Below the pieces are notes generated by a model. It did not search any database. It was not told the DNA's origin and saw only the letters and a list, made by a program, of their open reading frames with translations. 64,000 nucleotides of DNA. It comes from an uncultured bacterium (GTDB lineage Bacteria; Armatimonadota; Abditibacteriia; Abditibacteriales; Abditibacteriaceae). Shown piece by piece: positions 1 through 12,020 of the stretch (its first letter is position 1; the number at the start of each line of letters is the position of its first letter). The position numbers and the translations under genes were made by a program. Where the stretch lies: contig CAWJLW010000006.1 in the NCBI GenBank assembly GCA_963843795.1, positions 1 through 64,000 of the forward strand. The letters are read 5' to 3'.

Positions 1-86
1 CCAGCTGCGAAAACGCCTTGACGTTTTCGCATGGCCTCTCAGCTACGTGCAGATCAAAACCGCACGATCAACTCTATAATTCCAAA

Positions 87-2823
87 ATGAAACTCCAGCA
101 TATTCTTCTAAAATCCGTTGTTCTGCCCTTCCTGTTGCTTCTTGGAACAATATGTTCCTCACCGGCTGTCTTTGCAGCCGATGAAATTTGCACTTCTTGT
201 GGAACCGCAGTGAGCGTTAGTGGCAACTTCTCTCATCGCAAAGAAGCGCCTTCACTGGTCGTTGAAGGCTCCGGGGACCGAGCCGCTGCCTTTCGTGAAG
301 ACGTCAATGGCACAGATTTCACAGTCACTCTCGCTCGGCTTCCGGCGGGCCACTATACCATCACCGTTAGTGCCGCCGAAACAGTGATGGCTAATCCCGG
401 CGACAGGCTTTTTACCGTGACTTCCGGTGACACCGTGCTGGCGAAGGATTTCGACATCATGGCCACCGCAGGTGGAGTGCGAAAGGTCGCCACCTTCAGC
501 GGCACAGTGCAACATGAGGATGATGCTCTGCGCGGGCCGCTGAAAATTTCTTTCGTCGCCAGCAAGGGCACGGCCAAATTCAACACTATTGAAGTCAAGA
601 ATTCCAATGGCGAAGTCGTAACGGATTTGCGTGCCATGGAATTGGCGGACGTTTTTTCTGCGGCTGCCGTGCGGGTGCCGGACATCAAGACACCGCCGAT
701 CTGGCGTGACCCAACCAAACCGTTGAAAGCACGCGAAGATGATTTAATTCGTCGCATGTCGCTCGCGGAAAAAGTCGCGCAATTACAAAATGCCGCTCCT
801 GCGATTGCCCGTCTGGGTCTGCCTTCCTATGACTACTGGAACGAAGCGCTACATGGTGTCGCCAACAACGACATCGCCACGGTCTTTCCGGAACCGGTGG
901 GCGCCGCTTCGTCGTGGAACCCAGGAGTTATTTCGTCAGGAAGGTCGTATCATTGGAATCGAGGGTCGCGCCAAACATAACGATTACATCTCGACTCATA
1001 ACGGCGACTCCAAGTGGTGGGCTGGCCTCACCTTCTGGACTCCCAATATCAACATTTTCCGCGACCCACGTTGGGGGCGTGGTCAGGAAACTTACGGCGA
1101 AGATCCTTATCTTACCAGCGAAATCGGCATTGATTTCGTCCAGGGAATGCAGGGCGACGACCCCAAATATATGCTGGCTATGGCCTGTGCAAAACATTAT
1201 GCAGTGCATAGCGGCCCAGAAAGAGATCGGCATCGCTTCGATGCCGAAGCCACAGAACGCGACCTGTATGAGACGTATCTACCCCAATTCGAGCGAGTCG
1301 TGCGCGAGGGGAAAGTGGGGGGCGTCATGAGTTCTTACAACGCGGTCAACGGCGTGCCCGCCAGTGCCAGTTCCTTTCTACTTGATGATTTGCTGCGGAA
1401 AAAATGGGGGTTCGATGGTTATGTGGTCTCCGACTGCGGAGCAATTGGCGATATCTGGGGCGCCCGGCAGCACCATTACGTGAACACCCCTGAAGCCGCC
1501 GCCGCCGCCGCCGTGAAAGCTGGCTGCAATCTTTGCTGTGGTGGAGATTACAATGCTCTGGTGCGAGCGGTGCAACAAGGTCTCGTTACCGAGAAAGATA
1601 TAGACAAAGCGCTGTATTACACCTTGTGGACTCGCTTCCGTCTCGGTATGTTTGATCCCGCCGAAAACGTTCCCTATACCAAATACACCATCAAAGATAA
1701 TAACACCCCACAAAATGGGCAAGTCGCTCTGGAAATGGCGCGGCAATCGCTGGTGTTGCTCAAAAACGACGGCATTTTGCCGCTCGACCGTTCCAAGTTC
1801 AAACGTATCGCGGTTATTGGCCCCAATAGCGATTCAAAGTCCATGTTGCAGGGCAATTATCATGGTTCCTCTTCACATCCGATCTCGATTCTAAGCGGCA
1901 TCAAACAACTGGCTGGCCCAAACGTCGAAGTCACCTTCGCTTTGGGTAGCCCAATTACGACAAAGCCCGGAACTGCGGCGTGGAGCGGCCAGGATAATAC
2001 GACGACTCGTCCCATACCGGAACTCAGTGCCGAAGCCCTCGCCACTGCGAATAATGCCGATTTGATCATCTATGTCGGCGGTATCACTCCGGCGCAGGAA
2101 GGCGAAGGCTTTGATCGGGATACAATTGAATTGCCCGAAGTGCAGGAAACGCTTGTGCAGGCGCTTCATGCGACTGGCAAGCCGATGATTATGGTCAATT
2201 GCAGCGGTTCCGCTATGGCGTTGCCGTGGGAAGCCGAGCATTTGCCGGCCATCCTGCAAGCTTGGTATCCAGGTCAGGCGGGCGGGCAGGCCGTCGCCGA
2301 GGTACTTTTTGGCGCAGTTAACCCGTCCGGTCATCTGCCAATTACCTTCTATCGCTCTACCGCAGATTTACCGAGTTTCACGGACTACTCGATGAAGAAC
2401 CGCACCTACCGTTACTTTGAAGGTCGGCCTCTCTACGCATTCGGTCATGGTTTGAGCTACACCACCTTCGATTTTAAGAACGGCAAGTTAAATTCGAAAA
2501 AAGTCGCGCCCAACGGCAAATTAAAATTAACGTTTACCCTCACCAACACTGGAAAACGTGATGGCGACGATGTGGCTCAGGTTTATTACCGCCATGTGAA
2601 TTCCAAAGTCGCCCAGCCAAAGCTTTCCCTCTGCAGTTTCCGCCGCGTGAGCTTGAAAAGCGGGAAAGCCAGCCAGGTGACGATAGAAATTCCTGCCGAG
2701 CGGCTGCGCTATTGGAATGTGGACAAAAAGCAGTATGTAGTGGAACCCGGCAACTACGAAATTTGGGTTGGCTCAGCATCTGACGACATCCGGCTAAAAT
2801 TGCCCCTGACGATCACATCGTAA
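87..2823 (+). CDS. Secreted GH3 beta-glycosidase with N-terminal malectin-like domain and C-terminal Fn3-like domain; +1 frameshift near 924
   Basis: ORF 18..980 has a signal peptide, a malectin-like domain (FDIMATAGG) and GH3 start WNEALHG. ORF 790..2823 has GLTFWTPNINIFRDPRWGRGQETYGEDP, KHYAVH and VVSDCGA. Removing one G at about 924 joins WNP-ELFRQEG. Confidence 0.88.
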
Positions 2824-2882
2824 TAAAATCACGCGAAGGAGCAGGATACTTTTCGATGGAAAAGATCGGTATGGGCTTTCTC

Positions 2883-2922
2883 CGTAAATTTGTGCTGCAA
2901 GTACTTGCAGCACAAATTTACG
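2883..2922. repeat. 40-bp perfect loop-less palindrome centred on GCAAGTACTTGC
   Basis: CGTAAATTTGTGCTGCAAGT|ACTTGCAGCACAAATTTACG. Confidence 0.97.
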
Positions 2923-3010
2923 TGTTCGCTTGTCCTCGCTGCACTGTCGCAAAGTTGTTCCGCACAACAAATTTACTCAGCACACCAGATCGCTAAAAGC
3001 AGAAACAAAT

Positions 3011-4849
3011 ATGAAGAATTCAAGGCAACATTTTCTACCCTCACTGTTATTGAGCACAGGTTTTGTCATGGGTGCGTTATCGCTGGCCAACGCGTCTCCC
3101 GTTACCGTCGCCAGTCCCGACGGCAAGGTAAAAGCGGAAATTTCCGATACCAGTGGCAAGCTGCGCTACCAAGTCGTCGTCGATAACCGCCCCGTGTTAC
3201 TGCCCTCGAATCTGGATATTCTGAGCAATGGCGTTGAACTCGGACAGAACGCCACTCTGGGCAAGCCACGATTCAGCCGAATCAACGAGCGTTACCGTTT
3301 TTTTGGCGGTAAAAACGAGGCCATCAATCAGGCGCGGTTGGCCACGGTGCCCGTCATTTCTCAAGGTGAGGCTTGCGAGGCGGATATTTACGTGGCCAAT
3401 GATGGCGTGGGAGTGCGCTTGCGCCTCGCTGCCAAAGCCCAGCGCAAAGTTGAGGCGGAGCGCTCCAGTTGGCGACTTGCGGGCGATCCGGTCGTGTGGG
3501 CCGCCGAGCACGATTTCGGTTACGAAAACACCTTCAAGACGACGAGCTTGTCCGGTTTGAATAATCGGGCTTACGGACTTCCACTCACCGCGAAAGTGGG
3601 CAATATCTATGTGACGCTCGCTCAGGCGGGCCTCAAGGATTACGGCGATATTCAGGTGAAGCGCAATGCTGAGGGCGCTTTGGAAGCCTCGCTGTATGCC
3701 GATCCGCAGGGCTGGAATACTAACGAGGCTGTCGTTCAGCCCTGGCGCGTCACTCTCGTAGCGCGCAACCTGAGCGATCTGGTGAACAGCACCTTCGTGT
3801 CGAACTTGAATCCCCCGCCTGACCCCGCGTTGGCCAAAGCGGATTGGATTCGCCCCGGTCGCTCCAGTTGGCAATGGATGGCGATTGGAGCGCCACGGGC
3901 TGACGATCAGAAGCAGTGGGTGGACTGGACAAAGCAGTTGGGTTTCGAATACTATCTTGTTGATGAAGGCTGGTCGGGGTGGCCAAACGGCTGGAATACT
4001 CTCAAATCGGTGTGCGATTATGCCAAAACGCAGGGTGTGGCGATTTGGGTGTGGGTTCACAGCAACGAAGTTTCGGAACCGGCGGCGCGAAAAGCTTATT
4101 TTCGCAAGCTGGTCGAAACGGGAGCGGTCGGAGTGAAGATCGACTTTCCACGCGCCGCTAATCGTCAGTGGGCCAATTGGTATTACGAAACGGCCAGTGA
4201 CGCCGCCGCGAGCCATCTCATGGTGGATTTCCACGGAGCGGTTGGGGCCACAGGTCTGGAACGCACCTGGCCAAACGTCCTGACCCGCGAAGGAGTGCGA
4301 GGCCACGAGTGGCACATAACTCGTTACAGGCGGATTTTAGAGCCTCAACACGACACGATTCTACCCTTCACTCGTTACCTCTCCGGCCCCGCAGATTACA
4401 CCCCCACCGTTTTTGAACCGAAGGAATTGCAAGGCAATACCTGGGCGCACGAGTTGGCGCAGGCCATCGTGTTTACCTCGCCCTTTCTTTGCACGGGCGG
4501 TCATCCGCGAGATTATTTGAATAAGCTTGCCAAAGACGTGCTGACAAAGATTCCTGCCGTCTGGGATGAAACGCGCGTTCTGCCCTGCAGCGAACCCGGA
4601 AAAATCGCCGCCTTCGCCCGTCGTTCCGGCAACAACTGGTTTATCGGGGTACTCAACGGAGCGGAGGCAAAGACCTTGAATTTACCTCTTGATTTTCTCG
4701 GTCGCGGCCAGTGGAAGATGACGCAGTTGAGTGATGTCGCAGACAAAGCCGACGCTTGGAATCGTCAGGAGAACATAACCACCAAAGCAGCGGCTCTGTC
4801 GCTGAAACTTTCCTCGCGCGGCGGGTATGTCGCTTGGCTGCGCAAATAA
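3011..4849 (+). CDS. GH97 family glycoside hydrolase (alpha-glucosidase/alpha-galactosidase-like), secreted
   Basis: Signal peptide, VASPDGK, YYLVDEGW, GVKIDF, VDFHGA, RTWPNVLTREGVRGHE, PFTRYLSGPADYTP, PAVWDETRVL. Confidence 0.92.
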   Translation: MKNSRQHFLPSLLLSTGFVMGALSLANASPVTVASPDGKVKAEISDTSGKLRYQVVVDNRPVLLPSNLDILSNGVELGQNATLGKPRFSRINERYRFFGGKNEAINQARLATVPVISQGEACEADIYVANDGVGVRLRLAAKAQRKVEAERSSWRLAGDPVVWAAEHDFGYENTFKTTSLSGLNNRAYGLPLTAKVGNIYVTLAQAGLKDYGDIQVKRNAEGALEASLYADPQGWNTNEAVVQPWRVTLVARNLSDLVNSTFVSNLNPPPDPALAKADWIRPGRSSWQWMAIGAPRADDQKQWVDWTKQLGFEYYLVDEGWSGWPNGWNTLKSVCDYAKTQGVAIWVWVHSNEVSEPAARKAYFRKLVETGAVGVKIDFPRAANRQWANWYYETASDAAASHLMVDFHGAVGATGLERTWPNVLTREGVRGHEWHITRYRRILEPQHDTILPFTRYLSGPADYTPTVFEPKELQGNTWAHELAQAIVFTSPFLCTGGHPRDYLNKLAKDVLTKIPAVWDETRVLPCSEPGKIAAFARRSGNNWFIGVLNGAEAKTLNLPLDFLGRGQWKMTQLSDVADKADAWNRQENITTKAAALSLKLSSRGGYVAWLRK

Positions 4850-4922
4850 CATCGGGGGCAAAACGTCGCCGCGACTTGAATAAACGACCGCTTCAACAAG
4901 CGCAACTGCACTTCTTTCAACC

Positions 4923-7576
4923 ATGTTTACACTCAAACACACCCTTCTTCTGACTTTTCCGCTCGCGATTTCGGGCGCGCTTCAAGCTCAGTCAGCACCG
5001 ATTCCGGTGAAGGCTTTCGTCAAAAACGCCGATGGTCTCACGGTTCAAATGAATCCCGGACTGCTGAGGCTGAAGGTGTGCGACGCGCGCACCGTGCGCG
5101 TGCTTTACACGCCAGACGACAAAATTCCGGTGCCAAAAAGCTACGTCATCACGCGCCAATGGAAACCTGTTGCCTTCAAAACCCAGCAAGATGCCAAATC
5201 CATCACGCTTTCAACCGGAAGTTTGCGTGTGGTCGTAAATAAAACGACTGGAGCCGTCACTTTCCTTGATGCGGCGGGACGTACTCTGCTGGCAGAGACG
5301 GCGAATGGCGGAAAAACGCTCACGCCCACCAAAGTCGGCGCGGAGCAGACTCATACGGTGCAGCAGGTCTTTCAAAGCCCACCCGATGAGGCGCTTTACG
5401 GGCTGGGCCAATATCAGGATGGCCTGTGGAACTGGCGTGGCATTCCGCTGGAAATGCGTCAGGTGAACACCCAAATCGCGGTGCCGATGCTGGTTTCCAG
5501 CAAAGGTTACGGCCTGCTTTGGGATAATGCCTCGCTCCTCGATTTCAATCCGGCAGACCAACAAATTCGTCTCGATGGCAGCTCCGCGCCCGCAGTATCT
5601 GGGGCTCAGCCCTTGGCAACGGAAGATTTGGGTCGTGCTCCGATTGACATGAGCAAGCTCGGCAAAAAGACCGGCACGTTTACCACCGGTGAGGCCGGAG
5701 ATTACGTGTTTCTGGCCAAAGATGGCAACCGCCGGGGCGATTTCGCCATCATCGTCGATGGACGACAGGTCGCTGGCGTGACCAACGTGTGGACGCCTTA
5801 CGCACTCAGCGCCAAAGTGAAGTTACCGGCTCGCACCACAGTTACAGTAGGATTACGAGGCGGCGGCGAGAATACCAACCTCTTCGCGCGTCCGGTGGGT
5901 AACACCACGACATTTCGCTCGCAGATGGGCGAGGCCATCGACTACACCTTTTTCTACGGCCCCAAGTTCGACGACATCATCGCCGGTTATCGCTATGCCA
6001 CTGGTGCGGCTCCGATGTGGCCGAAATGGGCTTATGGGTTCTGGCAGTGTCGCGAGCGTTACTCCAGCCAGAAACAGATCGTGGATACGGTGGCCGAATT
6101 TCGCAAACGCCAAATCCCGATGGATCTCATCGTTCAAGATTGGCAGTATTGGGGGCCGCACGGATGGGGCAGCTATCAATGGGATGAGCGGCCATATCCC
6201 GACCCTGCTGGCATGCTCAAGAATTTGCACGATCAGAATAGCAAATTTATGATTTCGACCTGGCATAATCCGCATGGCACGGCCCTTGAGAAATTAAAGA
6301 GTGTCAACGGTATGATTGGCGAGTGGATTGACGTTTATAATCCAGAAGCTCGTCGGGTGCGCTGGAAAGCTCTTGACGAGGCCTTCTTTTCCATCGGCAC
6401 CGACGCCTGGTGGAACGATGCGACCGAACCCGGCGACCCTGGAGAAGGCTTGACGGGTCAGAAAACCGCGATGGGAACTGGCGACCGTTTGCGCAACTCT
6501 TATCCGCTTTTCGCTGCTCAGGGCGTTTATGAAGGACAGCGTTCTTCGTCATCCGCAAAACGAGTCTCAATCTCACGCGCTCGGCCTACGCTGGTATGCA
6601 GCGTTATGGAGCGGCGGCTTGGTCGGGCGATATCAATGGCAACTGGGAAACCTTCAAGCGCCAAATTCCGGCGGGTTTGAACTTCAGTCTGACCGGCATT
6701 CCTTACTGGACAACGGACGCTGGCGGTTTCTTCCATCCGAACGGCCAATACACTTCGGCAGATTACAATGAATTGCTCGCGCGCTGGTTCCAATGGAGCA
6801 CCTTCAGCCCAATTCTTCGCATTCACGGTTACCAAACGGAAACCGAAATGTGGAAATGGCTGCCCGAAACTCAGAAAATCCTGCTCGCCTACGATGAATT
6901 GCGTTACCGGATGTTGCCCTACAACTACTCGGTGGCGTGGAAAGTCACCAACGAGGGTTACACCATTATGCGCCCGTTACCGATGGATTTTTCCAACGAT
7001 CCGAAAACTCTCAATATCTCCGATGAATACCTTTTCGGCCCCGCATTTCTGGTGGTGCCAGTTACCGAATCCATCAAAGACAACGCGGCGACTCGCAAGG
7101 TCTATCTTCCGGCGGGAACGGACTGGATCAATTTCTGGACGGGCGAAAAGCTGCGTGGTGGCCGCGAGATCGTCGCGTTGGCACCGGTTGAACAGATTCC
7201 AATTTTCGTGCGGGCCGGTTCCGTTGTTCCTATGGGGCCAGTCGTCCAATACGCGGATGAAAAGAGCGATGCCCCGTTGGAGGTGCGCGCTTATCCCGGC
7301 GCCGATGGCACCTTCGATCTTTACGATGACGAAGGCGATAATTACAACTACGAAAAGGGCGCGCGTTCGGTAACGACCCTGCGCTGGAACGATAAGCGGC
7401 AACAACTAACCATCAGCGCGCCTCAGGGCCGTTATCCAGGCCAGGCCGCTCAGCGTCAATTTCGCGTCGTGGTCGTCGGTGCAGGGCGCGGAATCGGCAT
7501 CCCAGTGGCCTCAAAGACACAAGCGAATGCGGAGCTTACTCAAAAAGTAAGCTCAGTAAAACTGACTCTCAACTAA
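4923..7576 (+). CDS. GH31 alpha-xylosidase-like enzyme with PA14-like insert; -1 frameshift near 6567
   Basis: LYGLGQYQDG, PKWAYGFWQCRERY, IVQDWQYW, DAWWNDATEP. The second ORF has QRYGAAAWSGDI, GIPYWTTDAGGF, LYDDEGDNYNYEKG. One missing base restores LTRSAYAGMQRY. Confidence 0.9.
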
Positions 7577-7640
7577 AATTGGACTACGAAACAAAGACCA
7601 GTTTAGTTTTCTGGTGAGCGCTGAGCTACCAAATTGAGCG

Positions 7641-7656
7641 CTGCAAGTACTTGCAG
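7641..7656. repeat. Palindrome copy CTGCAAGTACTTGCAG
   Basis: Exact 12-mer at 7643-7654, intergenic. Confidence 0.95.
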
Positions 7657-7920
7657 GTTGCTAATCCCGGCGACCTACGCACGGCGCCCGCAGTGACTCA
7701 TGAAAGCGTCTCGGTTCTGAAGCTAAGATCGAAGAAACGGGCCAGCAAGGTCTGACGGAGCAAAATTTTTATAAAAAATTACTGGTATTTACCGCGATCT
7801 ACTGCTTACATGGAGCAAATTGTTGGGCGCAGTCCGTAGAGGTCAAGGTTGATTTGACTCAGGCAGGAAAAAAGTCAATCCCAATCAGTTCGGAATCTTC
7901 TTTGAGTCGTCGTTCGCCTC

Positions 7921-8157
7921 GTGAACCTTTCGCCGTTGAAGCAAAGCGCGAGCATCGACCTAACCGGCGCAGGCGACAACAAATACTCGGCGGTTGCGTC
8001 AGTGCTGACTTCGGCAGACTTGAATGTGCAGAACTCGCTGTCCGATCCAACCAAAATCGCGCCGGTCGAACGCAAACTGGACGCAGTCGACGCAAAGTTT
8101 CAATTGGAGATGGAAGGCAACTCGTTCACCGTCCTCAAACTCACTCCGCAGAAGTAG
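7921..8157 (+). pseudogene. C-terminal fragment of a GH51 alpha-L-arabinofuranosidase-like gene
   Basis: VLTSADLNVQNSLSDPTKIAPV...GNSFTVLKL resembles the arabinofuranosidase C-terminal domain; no catalytic domain upstream. Confidence 0.65.
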
Positions 8158-8180
8158 TGGTCTGGAGACATCCGTTACAA

Positions 8181-8331
8181 GCAGGGCAAACGCACGAGAG
8201 TTTTCTATCACCTGAAGCTGCAGCTTGAAGTCTGTGGCTGGCTGCCATTCTGCATGAGCACGGTTCCTGCAAATACTTGCAGGCCCACGGCACGCCTCAA
8301 AACTCAGGAAACTCTCGTGCGTTTGCCCTGC
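8181..8331. mobile_element. Putative 151-bp MITE with 23-bp perfect terminal inverted repeats
   Basis: GCAGGGCAAACGCACGAGAGTTT (8181-8203) and its exact reverse complement (8309-8331); no ORF inside; no obvious target duplication. Confidence 0.6.
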
Positions 8332-8484
8332 ACCTGGCATTGGATATACGCATAGCAGTTGACCCAATAAAGATGCTGAAAAGTGGAGCGATGACCTTAG
8401 CGGTCTCAATGGCGATGGCCCAGCCAAGTCAAACGCTTCGAAGTCGGACGCTGCTCAAAATGAGTTTATGGAGTCAAAGTAACA

Positions 8485-9354
8485 ATGAAGATATTAGTGA
8501 CAGGAACCTCAGGCCGCGTTGGAGCAGTCGTGGCCCGAGAACTTTTGGCCGCTGGGCATGAAGTGCGAGCCCTCGACAAAATGGCCCCGCACGCTGATCT
8601 ATACTCGCAGAAGTTAGAGGTCGTTTACGCCGACATCACTGACCGCTTGAGCGTGCTGCGCGCGGCTCAAGGCTGCGAGGCCATCGCGCACTTGGCAGCG
8701 ATTCCTGACCCGATGCGCGGCGCGGATCAGTTGACCGAGGTCAACGTGTGCGGCACGCAATATGTTTTGGAAGCGGCTGAAGCGAACTCTATTGAGCGTG
8801 TCGTCCTGGCCTCTTCGGCGGCGATTTACGGGATGGTGTTCGCTGCTCATCCCGTGGAGCCGAATTACCTTCCCGTAGACGAAGATCATCCCTGCCAACC
8901 ACAGGATGTGTATGGTTTATCGAAGTTGTGCAACGAAGCAGCGGCTGCGACCTACACGCGGCGGGCGGGCCTCACAACAATCTGCCTACGCCCTCCGATG
9001 GTGATTGAACTGGGTGGCGAACGTGCCCGCTGGCAGCGTCGAATGCTCGACGGATCGGCGAACTTCAGGGCGAAGGATGTCTGGACCTATCTTGATGTGC
9101 GAGATGCTGCCCGTGCTTTTCGCTTGAGTCTGGAAATTCCGCTGCAAGGCCACCATCGCCTGCTCATCGCGGCGCGAGATAGTTGGACACGTGACGACAT
9201 CCGAGAGGTAGTGAGCCGCCACTATCCCAACCTGGCGTCATCTGTCGCACATCTGGGGCCAAATGATAGCTTGTATAACACGCGTAAGGCCGAAGAAGTT
9301 TTAGGGTTTGTTTCTCAGCACTCATGGCGCGACGTCGAAGACCTTGCCCGTTAG
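8485..9354 (+). CDS. NAD-dependent epimerase/dehydratase (extended SDR)
   Basis: MKILVTGTSGRVG, HLAAIP, ASSAAIYG, YGLSK motif. Confidence 0.92.
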   Translation: MKILVTGTSGRVGAVVARELLAAGHEVRALDKMAPHADLYSQKLEVVYADITDRLSVLRAAQGCEAIAHLAAIPDPMRGADQLTEVNVCGTQYVLEAAEANSIERVVLASSAAIYGMVFAAHPVEPNYLPVDEDHPCQPQDVYGLSKLCNEAAAATYTRRAGLTTICLRPPMVIELGGERARWQRRMLDGSANFRAKDVWTYLDVRDAARAFRLSLEIPLQGHHRLLIAARDSWTRDDIREVVSRHYPNLASSVAHLGPNDSLYNTRKAEEVLGFVSQHSWRDVEDLAR

Positions 9355-9402
9355 GCAAGTGTATGTTCGTCGGGAGCGCGATCGCATCATTTTCTTCAAA
9401 AC

Positions 9403-11742
9403 ATGAACAAATTTCAGATTTTGTGGGTCGGCGCCTTGCTAATACCTTTCGTCTCTTTTCCCGCCAAAGCCGCAGAGAAACGCACCTTTGAGGCCGAATC
9501 TGCCTCACTTATTGGTGAGGCGCCCAGGTTGGCCAATCGCGTTGACCTCGGCGGCTACGCGGTGAATTTGAGCAAACCCGGCCAAACCATCAAGTTTGTG
9601 GGACTGCCCGCTGCGCACAAATTGGTCATTCGTTATGCATCGCTCTCCGTCGGCACGCTCAGCGTTGCGGTGAATGATGGGCCAACTCGACAGGTGAATA
9701 TTCATTCATCGGGATCTCTGACCGATTCGTTTCTCCATGCCATCCTCGACATGGCGATTCCTGCCAAAGCCACGTTGACCCTTAGTGTGGCGAGCAATGA
9801 TAGCGCGGTGAACATTGATCGAATTATTGTCGGCGATGGGGACTTGGGACTCAAGCCAGATATTTGGAATTTGCCCGCTTTGCCAGTGGCTGCCGGGCCT
9901 TATTCCGCCGATTGGAAAGCTCTCAGCCAGCGCTACACGGTGCCGGAATGGTGGCGCGATGCCAAATTTGGCGCGTGGTCGCATTGGGATCCGCAGTCGA
10001 TGCCCGAAGACGGCGACTGGTATTCGCGCGGTATGTATATGGAAGGCAGCGAGCAATATCGCTACAACCTCGAACATTTTGGTCACCCGTCGGAATATGG
10101 TTATAAGGACATCAGCCACAATTGGAAGATTGACCGCTGGAAACCCGAAGAACTGATGAAATTGTATGTCGAGATGGGCGCGCGCTATTTCATGGCGATG
10201 GGCGTTCATCACGATAATTTCGATTGTTGGGATTCAGCATATCAGCCCTGGAATTCGGTCAACGTCGGCCCTAAAGTGGACATCGTTGGCACCTGGGAAA
10301 AGCTTGCGCGCCAGCACGGATTGCGTTTTGGCATCGGCTTTCACAACACACCAGCGCGAACCTGGGGCCAGTTCATGCCCGTGCGTTACACCAGTGATAG
10401 AAACGGCCCGAAGCAAGGCGTGCCTTATGATGCGCTGCAAACCGTCGCGGACGGAAAAGGCAAATGGTGGCAAGGCATGGATCCGGTTGATCTTTATGGG
10501 CCGGTTCACAACGCCAAAGATCCGCTGCATTCGCCCTTCGCCAATCAATTTATGTGGCGCGTGGACGACGCCATCACTAAATATCATCCCGATATCATCT
10601 ACTTCGATGAACACGGCGGCGACTCGCAGACCGATTTGGGCGTTCGCATGGGACTGGGCTTTCTCGCCCCACAATTGATAGCGAACTACTACAACAAGTC
10701 GCTGGGGTGGAATAAGGGAAAAATGGAAGCAGTCATCAATCTCAAAGGCATCGGTGGACGCTACAACAGCTTCCAGAACAGCCCCGATCTGCTTCCATTA
10801 GTTGATCGCTCTCTGGTCAAAAGCAGCGAATCCGTTATCGAGCCAGAGATTATGGCTTACTCTTTTCAGACCGAAACCAGTATCGCGGATTGGCATTATA
10901 AAACTGGCCAGAAATACTTGGACGCCAAACATCTGGTCAATTTGCTGATGCAGAACGTCTGCCGTAACGGAACGATGCTGCTCAATCTCACGCAGCACGG
11001 TCGCGGCGACTTAGACTCGCAAGTGATTCAAATCAGTAAAGATATTGGCGCATGGCTAAAAGCCAATGGCGAAGCTGTTTATTCTTCCCGACCGTTTGAA
11101 GTTTATGGCGAAAATTCAATTTGCTATACGCGCAACAACGGCAACGTCTATGCGACGCTTCTGGATTGGAACGGCGGCGCGGTCACGCTCAAATCGCTGC
11201 GCGCTGGCGGAGCGACATTGGGCAAGGTGTCCAAAGTCGAACTGCTCGGCTCCAATGTCGCGCTGAAGTTTGCGCAAGATGAGCGGGGATTGACGGTGAC
11301 TCCTCAAAGCACGGTGCCAGCGCTGGCGGGCATCACCGATGCTGCATTGGCCACAAGTTGCCGAGTGCTGCGCATCACGCACGATAAAAGCTGGCTCAAC
11401 GACGATGAACCTGGCACGAAAGCTTCGGGCTGGATTCGCCACTGCAACCTCGGCAGCGGCGACTTCAACAACGACTTGATTCTCAGCGACACGCCCGGCG
11501 ATATTTGGAGCGGCTCATTTTCTGGCACCAGTGTCTCGGTCATCGCCCCAAAAAGCGTGGGGGCTGGAAAAATAGAAATCCAAATTGATGGAAAAAGCCG
11601 AGCCATAGCGGATTTGTCCACGGCGCTTGAACGCCAACCGCAGCAAACGGTGAGCAGAATCACGGGTTTGGCGCGCGGCAAACATACGATTAGCATCATC
11701 AATCGTGGCGGCGGACAAGTGGCATTTGATGCTTTGATCTGA
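9403..11742 (+). CDS. GH29 alpha-L-fucosidase-like enzyme with N- and C-terminal CBM-like beta-sandwich domains, secreted
   Basis: PEWWRDAKFGAWSHW, GARYFMAMGVHHDNF, PDIIYFD, NGTMLLN, IGAWLKANGEAVY. Confidence 0.85.
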   Translation: MNKFQILWVGALLIPFVSFPAKAAEKRTFEAESASLIGEAPRLANRVDLGGYAVNLSKPGQTIKFVGLPAAHKLVIRYASLSVGTLSVAVNDGPTRQVNIHSSGSLTDSFLHAILDMAIPAKATLTLSVASNDSAVNIDRIIVGDGDLGLKPDIWNLPALPVAAGPYSADWKALSQRYTVPEWWRDAKFGAWSHWDPQSMPEDGDWYSRGMYMEGSEQYRYNLEHFGHPSEYGYKDISHNWKIDRWKPEELMKLYVEMGARYFMAMGVHHDNFDCWDSAYQPWNSVNVGPKVDIVGTWEKLARQHGLRFGIGFHNTPARTWGQFMPVRYTSDRNGPKQGVPYDALQTVADGKGKWWQGMDPVDLYGPVHNAKDPLHSPFANQFMWRVDDAITKYHPDIIYFDEHGGDSQTDLGVRMGLGFLAPQLIANYYNKSLGWNKGKMEAVINLKGIGGRYNSFQNSPDLLPLVDRSLVKSSESVIEPEIMAYSFQTETSIADWHYKTGQKYLDAKHLVNLLMQNVCRNGTMLLNLTQHGRGDLDSQVIQISKDIGAWLKANGEAVYSSRPFEVYGENSICYTRNNGNVYATLLDWNGGAVTLKSLRAGGATLGKVSKVELLGSNVALKFAQDERGLTVTPQSTVPALAGITDAALATSCRVLRITHDKSWLNDDEPGTKASGWIRHCNLGSGDFNNDLILSDTPGDIWSGSFSGTSVSVIAPKSVGAGKIEIQIDGKSRAIADLSTALERQPQQTVSRITGLARGKHTISIINRGGGQVAFDALI

Positions 11743-12020
11743 AGTTGCTTCGATAATGCGGACAGGTCCGCTTAGGCTTTGACTGCCTGTTGTTGTTCAA
11801 ACTGCACTGGCGACAGATACCCCGGCGCTGTGTGACCGTTGCCGATTATAGAACACTTCCTCCAAATGTATGGGAGGGCCAACTTCGATCTCCTGCGATT
11901 GCGGATGCTAGATTGACCCAGACCTTTGCAGTGGCAAAGCTTCACGGAAGTTGCGGGAGAGCCCCGTTGGGGGAAGCTCAGGTGTTGCCGTAATGATCAA
12001 AATAATCAATCACAAGTCAA

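Noticed and set aside
1494..1512. GCC trinucleotide run
   Set aside because: Encodes a short poly-Ala helix in GH3, in frame; not a convincing phase-variation tract.
3197..4315. Long antisense ORFs (also 32271-33176, 42058-43098)
   Set aside because: They mirror well-supported genes on the opposite strand, which is typical of GC-rich codon bias.
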